From Ministeria vibrans ATCC 50519 (Eukaryota > Protista > Filasterea): 33,551 bases of DNA. The position numbers and the translations under genes were made by a program. The stretch covers positions 1-33,551 of the forward strand of contig CALSCP010001142.1 of assembly GCA_943704425.1 (NCBI GenBank). The letters run 5' to 3'. A model generated the notes under the pieces. That model saw only the letters and a list, made by a program, of their open reading frames with translations, did not search any database and was not told the DNA's origin. This document shows, in pieces, positions 1-8,698 of this stretch. Every line of letters begins with the position of its first letter. Position 1 is the first letter of the stretch.

Positions 1-27
1 CCCTAACCCTAACCCTAACCCTAACCG
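1..27. repeat. Telomeric repeat (CCCTAA)4, left chromosome end
   Basis: Window begins ccctaaccctaaccctaaccctaacc, the C-strand of a TTAGGG-type telomere. Confidence 0.93.
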
Positions 28-587
28 AGACATGAACTTTACGATTGTATTCAGACGTTTAACACATACTCAAGCAGCTTATGGGGCCCACTCGGAATAC
101 ATCGCGATCCTCAACACACACATCAAACACAAAAACACACAAGAGGATACTACAAGCAACACCAAAGAACAAAATATATGCCAAAACAACACACAATATC
201 AAAACAAACAATCACGAACACTAAGAAAACAACACAGTCACACACAAAAGTAATAAAAAGCGCCACACTAACAAACACAACGTGCTCAGCAGGCACTCAA
301 AGCCACAAAGACTCATGTCAAAGCTCAAATGACTGAACCGCACCATCCAAGCTCAAACTTCATCGATTGCAACCAAGAACACCCAACCAAACGCCACCAC
401 CACCACCTTGGCCAGCCAACACTGCCACTACCATGCCAGCATCCACCGCCACAGTCCCACCGTCCGACATCAGCAACAAACTCAGACTCTATCTGCCGCA
501 ACAGAAAATCTTCGTTTGGCCCACATCTCATACCACGTCACCATGTCTTTCACAACATTCGACGCCATCTTTTTCAGACGAACACAA

Positions 588-604
588 CCCTAACCCTAAC
601 CCTA
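588..604. repeat. Internal short telomeric repeat tract
   Basis: ccctaaccctaacccta immediately upstream of ORF 612..1337. Confidence 0.85.
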
Positions 605-611
605 TTCTGAA

Positions 612-1337
612 ATGGACGACTCGTCGCGTGAACGCCCTCGTGCCTCCTCCGCCGATGCCGAGCCCGTCGCCACTACCCCCGCTGTGATATTCAAGCCTCT
701 ATTTGAGCAACTGACCAGCTTCGCCGCTGCTGTGCGAAAGCAAGCCATTACTGCGGTGCGCGACATTGCCAAGACCAAGAAGACGCTGGGAAAGCTTGCT
801 GAGCTCAACGCAACGCAGACTATTCCCAAATCCTTGCGTATTACGGTTTCCCTTGAGCTCTCTTCCCGCAACGGCCTTGAGGAGACCGCCACGCAAACAA
901 CCAACGCCGCTCTCGCCGCAAAATCAGAATGCGAACGCACCATGCTCCGACTTATTTGCGCGTTCCGTCAAAAGGAGCTTTCTTCTGCACAGCAGTCACT
1001 AGACGAGTGGCCGAACACCCTCCGTGCTCGGTTCCAAGAGTACACCGACACCTTCAAGCGCTACCTTACCCAAACCTTCGAGTCAACGAGCACCGTCAGC
1101 GCCCTCGAAGGCATGGGTAGTGCTGTCGATACGCTTCTTGCGCAGCAAACCGACGCGATTCTCCTGGCTGTCTTTCAAGAGACGCACAAACTTTTCGACG
1201 ACGACATTGCCCGGCTAGAGGATGTGATGGTGGAGGAGGAGGAGAAGCAGATGGCGCGAGTCGCTCGCTGGCAACATCGGCTGTTCGTGGACACCATCGA
1301 GTCGTCCGGCGACTACGAGTTTTCCCGTGCGCTTTAG
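612..1337 (+). CDS. Subtelomeric hypothetical helical/coiled-coil protein (241 aa), possibly ORF1 of a telomere-associated retroelement
   Basis: Intronless GC-rich ORF rich in A/E/L/K/R, bracketed by internal CCCTAA tracts. No recognisable catalytic motif. Confidence 0.45.
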   Translation: MDDSSRERPRASSADAEPVATTPAVIFKPLFEQLTSFAAAVRKQAITAVRDIAKTKKTLGKLAELNATQTIPKSLRITVSLELSSRNGLEETATQTTNAALAAKSECERTMLRLICAFRQKELSSAQQSLDEWPNTLRARFQEYTDTFKRYLTQTFESTSTVSALEGMGSAVDTLLAQQTDAILLAVFQETHKLFDDDIARLEDVMVEEEEKQMARVARWQHRLFVDTIESSGDYEFSRAL

Positions 1338-1597
1338 GAGCGTATGCCCGAGCTGCCTTGCTGCAGGCTGTAGGGTGAAGTGGGAGGGTGATTGTTGAAA
1401 TTCCAGTCTCTGGGCATTTTCCTTTTCGACTTTGTTACTTTTTCTGTCAAAAGAATTTTCCATTCCACTCTTCCACTTGCGTGTTACAAATGCAGCACGC
1501 TCGACCGTTTTTTGCGCGAGTTACGACAAGGACCTCAACGAGCAAGGTCAAGTGTTCTCGAACATCACAGGCAGCAAAAAATTGTGCTGATGGCGTA

Positions 1598-1611
1598 CCT
1601 AACCCTAACCC
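1598..1611. repeat. Internal short telomeric repeat tract
   Basis: cctaaccctaaccc directly abutting the 148-bp tandem repeat. Confidence 0.8.
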
Positions 1612-1615
1612 ATGA

Positions 1616-1912
1616 AACCATAATTAGTTTTGTCCCTCATCAGGCTTCATGATTCAATGACTGGCCAGTGGCCACTGAGGCTCTATGATTTCTAATAGCC
1701 GGTCGTGACGATGAGCAAGTCAGCTTTTCTTCGCAACAACTCGTCGTCTCGTAACCTTTAAGGAACCATAATTGGTTTTGTCCCTCATCAGGCTTCATGA
1801 TTCCATGACTGGCCAGTGGCCACTGAGGCTCTATGATCTCTGATAGCCGGTCGTGACGATGAGCAAGTCAGCTTTTCTTCGCAACAACTCGTCGTCTCGT
1901 AACCTTTAAGGA
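1616..1912. repeat. Two-copy 148-bp tandem repeat with predicted RNA hairpins and a minus-strand CUGAUGA motif
   Basis: 1616-1763 and 1764-1911 are near identical. Internal hairpin GACGATGAG/CTCGTCGTC. Confidence 0.9.
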
Positions 1913-2130
1913 GTTATAAGTAAGTTATAAGTCAAACTTTTTTTTCCTTTTCCTCGTCTCATATCATTCAATCTGCTATTTGAGTTTCTGACATGGCTGA
2001 GCCCAGTAAACGTCCTGCGTCCCCTTGAGTCAAGTGTAAAATTTCCACTAATTTTTCAGTTCAAACGAGACATTGTGAGTGCATTTCATCAACCTATAAT
2101 TATTGCACTTTACAAAATTAATACTTATAT

Positions 2131-3156
2131 TTACCAAAACATATACCAAGGGCGACGGCTTTTGACAATAACGATGCGTTGGATAACCTGTGGCTTGGGC
2201 GGGTTCCGTTTGAGCTCCTCGAGCTGCTCGTTGAGTCGCTGTATCTCCTCCTCGGACTCCTTGTGGGCCAATTGCGCCTGCGCCGTATCACGCATGTCCT
2301 TTTGCTTTATCTCTTCGGTTTCGCGCAAGGCCTGCCGACGCATCTCGATGGTTTTTTCGATGTCGGCTTGAAGCGTGCGGTGGCGCGCATCCGCCTCGCG
2401 TTGAGCTTCCTCCATTTTTTGCGCGTACATTTCCTCCATGAGCTTCTCGTCTTTCGCCATTTGCGACATTTTCGTCGCGTACTCGCGCAGAATGGTGTTG
2501 AATGAGCGTGTGTCGATATCATCAACCTTATCCACCGCAAGCGTGGAGAAGGGAACAGTGTTGAGGAACTCTCGCACGTTCTCCGTCATGTGGTCTGGAG
2601 GAAGAACGTTGGACTTGCCAAAAAGGGACTGTTCCTTTGGAAGAAGCAGGAAATGCTCCGTCGAACGCGTCGTGCAGCCCAGCAGGTAGGTGATGAGCGT
2701 CTTCTCGAGAACATCGTCGCACTGCTGCACAATTCTTTCATACAGCTTCAAACCGACGGAGTTGATGATGATTGCGAACGGGATTTGCTGATCGTTGCGC
2801 TTGACTGCTTCAAGAATGACTCGAATAGTGGTCGCATCCTGAGGTGACACTCGACCTTGCTTCAGGCTCACCACAAAGACGATGCGATAGCGGCCGCCCC
2901 TTTTCAGTGCCTCGGTAATGACTCGACCGGCCTCCTCTCGTTGCTCAGGGTTGTCCAAGCCCGGCGTATCGCCCAAGACCTCAGTAGGGCTCACATGATG
3001 AAGCTGCAGCGAGCGAGTCAAGCCGGTAAGGTATGCATCCTTCTTGGCGCCACTGTCGAAAATCACCCGCCCAGCCATTGCATTGACAAGTGCAGTTTTT
3101 CCGACACCGGGACTTCCCGCAAAAATAGTCGTGCAAACGTCGTCGGTAGCAACCAT
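2131..3156 (-). CDS. AIG1/GIMAP-like TRAFAC GTPase with C-terminal coiled coil
   Basis: G1 GSPGVGKT, G2 GLT, G3 DTPG, charged coiled-coil tail, C-terminal RRPWYMFW. Intronless. Confidence 0.8.
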   Translation of the reverse strand: MVATDDVCTTIFAGSPGVGKTALVNAMAGRVIFDSGAKKDAYLTGLTRSLQLHHVSPTEVLGDTPGLDNPEQREEAGRVITEALKRGGRYRIVFVVSLKQGRVSPQDATTIRVILEAVKRNDQQIPFAIIINSVGLKLYERIVQQCDDVLEKTLITYLLGCTTRSTEHFLLLPKEQSLFGKSNVLPPDHMTENVREFLNTVPFSTLAVDKVDDIDTRSFNTILREYATKMSQMAKDEKLMEEMYAQKMEEAQREADARHRTLQADIEKTIEMRRQALRETEEIKQKDMRDTAQAQLAHKESEEEIQRLNEQLEELKRNPPKPQVIQRIVIVKSRRPWYMFW

Positions 3157-3575
3157 CTTTAGTACCGGTATAAAATTATGGGAATTAGTATCAAAATAAA
3201 ACTGAAATCAAAATAATACTAGTACACCATAATAAATGAAAGAAAAAATCGGCAAAAAAATGACTTTTCGACAAAGATAACAATAATAATTAAAATATTT
3301 CCGTCCTTGTTGACGAAAAAACTCTCTCGACCTCTCTCTCGACCTCTCTCTCTTGGCGTTCTCTGCCCAATGAGACCTAACTCGCTCACCCACTGTAGCC
3401 GATAGACAATAATTAAGAGTCTCAGAAGCAAACAGCTCTTTTCTCTCTCGTAGTTCTCTCTCGCGACAAGACAGTGAATTTTTCAAAAAAATACATTCAA
3501 TGATTGATCGCAATCGAACATAACTCACTTTTTTTCACACCTTTCTGATTTCTTTCAGCTTAAACTCGTCGATCA

Positions 3576-4550
3576 ATGACAGTCATCGATAATCAAAACA
3601 CCGCGGTCGTCGGCCCCGCTGGGGCGGGCAAGAGCTTGGTGTTGAACAACCTGGTGAAGAAGACGGTGTTTGAAAGCGGAGGCTCCGTCGGCACGGGACG
3701 AACTACCAAGTGCCAAGTACACACGCAGGCCAACGGGAATTCTTGGGTTGACGCGCCGGGTCTCAACGACATTGCTATGCGCAAAGAGTGTGCCGTGGAG
3801 ATAAAAAAGGCGCTCTCTCGCGGTGGTCTCTACCGCCTCATTGTGGTGATCTCACTGGCAACTGGTCGCTTGACCGGCGAAACAGTGGAGACGGTGCAGC
3901 GCGTCTGGGATGCCATGCCGGCCGGATTCCCAGTGGGCGTCATTGTGAACCAAGTTGTTGGCAACATGGACGATGTGCCCTATGACTCGATTGTGAAGCA
4001 GCTGTTCGTCGACCGCGACGTCGCTCACGTCCATTGGTGTGCAATTCCATACACGGAGGCGTGGGAAGAGGAAGAAAACGTGATGGGCGATGAGGAGCTG
4101 CAGCGCACCCTTGAAAACTTCGTCAATACGATTCCTTTTACTCGTCTTGACGCTGACGACGTTGGTCCAATCAATGACAAGACTGTTGAGGAATTGGAAG
4201 AGGAAGCTGCCAAAGCCGTGGCAGCTAAGGCGGCGAAGATGGAGAAGAAGGATCGCGAGCTGGAGGAGGCAGCACGCCGGGAAAAGGCGGAACAAGACCG
4301 CAGGGAGGCGGCAGATCTGGAGAAGAAACGCAAGGAGGAAAAAGCAACGGAGCAAGAGCGTCAAACCAAGACGCAGGCGGAAAAAGCCGCGACTGCTAAC
4401 GCCCAACAACATCTCGCCTCTACAAACGCGCAGACGGCAAAGAAGGCGCAGTTGAACACGGATATTGAAGAGGCGGCCAAATCTCCCCCACCAATCGTCG
4501 AGGTTATATATCAGCGCAAAAAACGCCGTTGGTATGAATTTTTATTATAG
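3576..4550 (+). CDS. AIG1/GIMAP-like TRAFAC GTPase with C-terminal coiled coil (paralog of 2131..3156)
   Basis: G1 GPAGAGKS, G2 GRT, G3 DAPG. ALSRGGLYR matches ALKRGGRYR in the paralog. C-terminal KKRRWYEFLL. Intronless. Confidence 0.8.
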   Translation: MTVIDNQNTAVVGPAGAGKSLVLNNLVKKTVFESGGSVGTGRTTKCQVHTQANGNSWVDAPGLNDIAMRKECAVEIKKALSRGGLYRLIVVISLATGRLTGETVETVQRVWDAMPAGFPVGVIVNQVVGNMDDVPYDSIVKQLFVDRDVAHVHWCAIPYTEAWEEEENVMGDEELQRTLENFVNTIPFTRLDADDVGPINDKTVEELEEEAAKAVAAKAAKMEKKDRELEEAARREKAEQDRREAADLEKKRKEEKATEQERQTKTQAEKAATANAQQHLASTNAQTAKKAQLNTDIEEAAKSPPPIVEVIYQRKKRRWYEFLL

Positions 4551-5007
4551 GTTAATGCAATGCACTTATACAATGATCTGTTTGAACTGGAAATTGGAAA
4601 ATCAATCAGTGGAAATTGGAAAACATTTTTCAGCAGCGCTGGCTCGGAAACGAATCACATTCTTTCGACGTCTAGGAGTGACTAACTCCAGAGTCTAATT
4701 TGTCTAAACCTTTAAAGTCATCATGATTCATGGGATATATAAGAAGAATGGCGAGGTTACGTGACAGAGTGTTTGGAAAAATACGACTAGAGTTGTTTTA
4801 CAGTTTTACCTCTTAAACTTGCCTTGTATACACTATCCCTTTAACTGTGCTACATTTATCAAATGCATGAGAATTATCTAGACAGTGATAAAGCATATGT
4901 TTGGTATCTATGGGAAAAATACCAAAATAGTATAATATAGCACAATATAGCAGTTTTTTTGCGTCGCATGATTTCTCAGTCGACCCAAATTGGAAAAGAC
5001 CAAATTT

Positions 5008-5113
5008 GACGGAGTGGCCGAGCGGTTAAGGCGCGTGACTGCTATCTACTTGCAAAAGTAGGGAGAGTTATCACGTATCATTTGATGCGAGGGTTCGAAT
5101 CCCTTCTCCGTCG
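5008..5113 (+). tRNA. tRNA-Ser(GCU) with canonical 37/38 intron (5045..5069, 25 nt)
   Basis: Acceptor GACGGAG/CTCCGTC, A box TGGCCGAGCGG, anticodon stem CGTGA/TCACG with GCT at 5041-5043, long variable arm, B box GGTTCGAATCC, downstream T-run terminator. Confidence 0.93.
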
Positions 5114-5321
5114 TTTTTTTTTGGATTCTACTGTTTTAATTCTGTTGCCCTCATCTTTTTGACTTTACTTTTCTTTTTTGCTTTTAACATCTTCTTTTTT
5201 ACTTTTATCTATAAATGGGTTGTGTATTCTTCTTCTTATAAATAATACTAGCTAAAATATTGGTTTTTATACCTTTTTTTTCTTCCATTTTAGAAAAAAA
5301 AACAAAAAAAAATTGTTTTGC

Positions 5322-5353
5322 AATAATAATAATAATAATAAAAATAATAATAA

Positions 5354-5384
<31 letters not shown>

Positions 5385-5455
5385 AAGAAGAAGAAGAAGA
5401 ATACAACGATTACAACCCATATAATAATAAGAAGAAGAAGAATACAACCCATTTA
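5322..5455. repeat. (TAA)n/(AAG)n microsatellites with AATACAACCC(ATT) retroelement-like tails
   Basis: (AAG)~15 followed by aatacaac, then a second (AAG)4-aatacaacccattt. An inverted copy lies at 5212-5240. Confidence 0.75.
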
Positions 5456-6429
5456 GTAAAAACCTGAAAAATAAATTTTGGATTTTGGGCGAGTCGAGTG
5501 TGTACTTGTTTAATAAAATGACAAGACGTATTGGCAATCACCGTCACCAGCGCCCGATCGATCCTCTCTTCTTGTCAGGAAAGATATCTGCTCATAGACC
5601 TCTCGGATACTGGGGATCGTCGACGACAACGGGGTCTGGGGTACGGGTACTACTGGCCCGTCATGGTGTGCACGGGGATGTGGGATCACACGATTCATAA
5701 CTATGCCAGCGTGCGCATTTCCCGCGAACATCCAATTCATTTTCTTGGGGTTGAGTTTTCATGTTAGTCTACCGGCCTGCACACGCTGTGTATGTTACAT
5801 GGGGTCAACGATGTCGATTGTTAGCTAAGTAGCACACGTTTCAAATTTGCTATTCAGTAATGTATTTTTTTGTTTCCATTATTTCAATGCTAAAGTGTAT
5901 TGCTAAAGTGTATTCAGGAACAACATCAATTCGGTATACACTCTAATTTGCCTTCGGGTAAACATTCATTTTCTTTTCACCTACACAAGGAGAAAATAAT
6001 AAAAATCAGTCCATCGAAAAAACAAACAATGAAAAGAAAACAAATTCTGAACGGAAAAAGATCAGATAGCCATTGATGACATTGCACATGGACCAGACAG
6101 AGCGGCGGAAACTCGGTGGCAAGCCAAATGAATGGTGTGCCAGAGAGAACACTTGAAAGTGGAGAGCAAAACGCAAACACACTCCCCCCACTCTGTCCGC
6201 TCACGTCCATGTTTCCAACTCGTCTTATTGCTTCATCCCATCTTCACTCCTTGGCCACACAAATCCAAAACACCCAGTTCCTACCTGTGTTTTTCGGCGA
6301 ACGGCTGATCTCGAGCGAACCAATACTTCTTCTACACGAACATACATTCATTTAAAAAAGACAAGGACAAAAACACATGACACAAACACAGAAAATAAAA
6401 TGCAAACACACACAAAACAAAACATGGTT

Positions 6430-6526
6430 GTGTATCAGAAGAGTAATTCCACTCATCGCATTTGCCTGCATAGAAGCATAGAAAACGGTTGATCTCTTGT
6501 TGGGATTATTCATTCATCAGGTACAC
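6430..6526 (-). ncRNA. Intronic box C/D snoRNA (target uncertain)
   Basis: Terminal stem GTGTA/TACAC, C box CTGATGA, C' GCGATGA, D box CTGA. Partial complementarity to SSU GUAAUUCCA and LSU GGAUUGUUCA. Confidence 0.75.
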
Positions 6527-6717
6527 ATGGTATTTTAAAAAAAATTATTAAGGTTGCTATTACACAACGACACTTACACATGACGACGCGATTGCCTGTG
6601 CCTGCTCCCGTTTCGCTACTGCGCGTAGTTTAGACCCATTGTAGAACTGTAACAAATCAAATTTTCAGTCATAGTAAAACAACAAAACGCAAAAACACAA
6701 AGAAGATGGGATGTAAT

Positions 6718-6786
6718 TCATCAGGAAAACATTTTTTCACATGACTAACTTCGACATGAGCTGAGTTATTAGGTTTCGTCACTTGA
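6718..6786 (-). ncRNA. Intronic box C/D snoRNA, U29/snR71-like
   Basis: Stem TCA/TGA, C box GTGACGA, D' TCGA, C' GTGAAAA, D CTGA. Guide AACTCAGCTCATG pairs with conserved LSU CGUGAGCUGGGUU (13 bp, 2 G-U). The +5 rule gives the A of GAGC (yeast Am2946 equivalent). Confidence 0.8.
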
Positions 6787-7186
6787 TACAAAAATACTAT
6801 TCGATAATAACTCTCAAACGTTCGTACCAGCCATTCACCGCTTTTTTGTTGCGCGAATCACACGGGAAGTGCGTCCTGGAGAGTAACTTGTGCCCAAGAT
6901 ACATACAGCTCCAGCTGCCGCAAACTTAACACGCTACAGATCGAGAGAGAAAAAATACTAATTTAATATGGGTTTGAGCCCTGGACAACTATACAAAGTC
7001 GAATCGTGAAAACAAACTTCGATAATACAATTGATAATTATAAAATCTGTTGGAGAAAATCTTACGTGTTCTGACGCGTAAGTGCTCAATTCGATATGGA
7101 AATAATGTCTGATTTGCCGATGTCTATGGACGTGAAAAAATCAAAACGAGGCACACGTAGCAAATGATAATGAACCGACAAAGATT

Positions 7187-7284
7187 TGAAAGAATCAGCA
7201 ATAGAAGAATAAGTGTGTTATGTCTCATTGAGCCGAAGCTCTCTGAAGTAGCAAATATATTATGTTAAACATCATTTTCTTTCA
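7187..7284 (-). ncRNA. Intronic box C/D snoRNA, U24/snR24 (U76-site)-like
   Basis: 8-bp terminal stem TGAAAGAA/TTCTTTCA, C ATGATGT, D' CAGA, GAGC-UUCG-GCUC hairpin, C' ATGAGA, D CTGA. Guide ATATTTGCTACT is complementary to LSU AGUAGCAAAUAU. The +5 rule gives the yeast Am1449 equivalent. Confidence 0.88.
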
Positions 7285-7592
7285 GACACACATTTACACA
7301 CACTCAAGACCACACTCAACGAGCATACCAGCAAAATGTGTCGTCTACTCGCGCTACAACACAGTTTCTACACAAACGTCTTGGGTGAATACACAAAACA
7401 AAGACGAAAATAATACGAAAATCACATCAGGAAAGTCACAGCAACATACACAAAACAATCCTTACCTGTATTCGTGTTCAAATATCGATTTGATGGCATT
7501 CCACACCGCATTTTGTAGTCCTACAAAAAGTTGGAAAATGTGAGAAAATAAAAAGAACGAAAAGGAAAGTAAAAACAAAATGCAAATAAAAG

Positions 7593-7695
7593 TGCCATCA
7601 GAGACAAAGTTCGTTCATAACATGTATTTCAATGTTCAAACAAGAGGTGTCAGATTAAAGGTAGAGAACTTCTGTTCTCATTTCATCATTTGGCA
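7593..7695 (-). ncRNA. Intronic box C/D snoRNA (target not identified)
   Basis: Terminal stem TGCCA/TGGCA, perfect C box ATGATGA, D' CTGA, C'-like GTTATGA, D CTGA. About 72 nt upstream of the 3' splice site at 7521. Confidence 0.82.
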
Positions 7696-7820
7696 AAGAA
7701 AAAAATCAAATGAGAGAGAAGAAAAGACGTGGTGCTTACAAGAGGAACGGAGAGCACGCAGAAGATGGCGATGCGTGGTCAACTTGTACTCGATGGAAAG
7801 CGCCGCTGCGAGCGGGAAGG

Positions 7821-7870
<50 letters not shown>

Positions 7871-8698
7871 CCTCATCGGCCGCTCGTGTGCAAAGTTCCC
7901 AAACGGATCGCTTCATTCCGTGTCCACCATCAAGACACAAGTCCCGTTGTGAATGGTCCCACGCAAACGGCAGGTCGTAGAAACGAGGAGAAAGTGTCGC
8001 GTGGACGGGGCAAGAAAACATTGCGAATGCGCATCACCGATTCACTGCCCGTGCACCATACAGAGTCGAACTAGGGCGAGGCATACTTCACCAAAAGTTG
8101 CACGAAGGAGCAACCGTAGAGGCAAACGAAGAGGCTGAAATATTCTGATTTTTTGATTTTTCTGAAAAGTGAAAAGTGAATTCGTAGTGAAAAAATTTGA
8201 AGCAGATCATCTTTTGACTTTTTAATATTCAAATTTACTCATTAAACGCGCTTGGTCACCCTAGTCCTTACGCTTCCTGCCTAGTGCCTACTGTCACCAC
8301 AATATAACCAATGCTTACTCAAGGTAAACACGCACCCCTACTTCATTCTCGTCTTCTCCCCACTGTCTCTCTCGCTCTGTCTCTCCCTTTCTCGCTACCC
8401 CCCTCCCACTTTCCCTCCACCATTCCAATGTCGAGATGTGTTGTCTCTCACTATCTCTCTCTATTTCTCTCAAGCCCTCTCACTTCCTCTCTTTCTATCG
8501 CCATTCCTTTTTTTTTCTTTTTCTTTTTTTTTGTCGGCGTTTTCCTTTTCGCAAACCGTCTTTGCTTTCCCCAACAGTTCATGGCTGTTCGCGCGTCGTT
8601 GATATGTTCAGTGTGGTGTTGGGATGCAATTGTCTGGGCTTGAGAAGGGCTACTCTTGGCAGTTGCCAAACAAATGTGAAGGGCAAACTTTCGTTTGC

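Larger units (their letters stand above)
5900..8180 (-). ncRNA. Multi-exon, apparently non-coding snoRNA host gene (GAS5/UHG-like architecture); ends approximate
   Basis: Minus-strand GTAAG donors at 6573-6577, 7061-7065, 7461-7465, 7735-7739 and YAG acceptors after pyrimidine tracts at 5981, 6332, 6647, 6934, 7124, 7368, 7521, 7806 delimit ~30-110 nt exons with no recognisable protein. Box C/D snoRNAs lie in the introns. Confidence 0.7.

Noticed and set aside
1715-1797. Minus-strand TGATGA...CTGA as a C/D snoRNA
   Set aside because: It spans the junction of the tandem repeat, has only a 3-bp stem and no recognisable guide.
1616-1912. CRISPR-like array
   Set aside because: Eukaryotic context, two long identical units and no spacers.
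5205-5537. Hydrophobic 'membrane protein' ORFs (also 14587..15060, 19692..20024, 7580..8074)
   Set aside because: These are translations of microsatellites or homopolymers; 14587..15060 overlaps the tRNA-Gln.
6664-6724. Alternative C/D pairing (TGATGA at 6718-6723 with CTGA at 6665-6668)
   Set aside because: The TGATGA is the D box plus stem of the U29-like snoRNA, and the interval is a U-rich intron tract.
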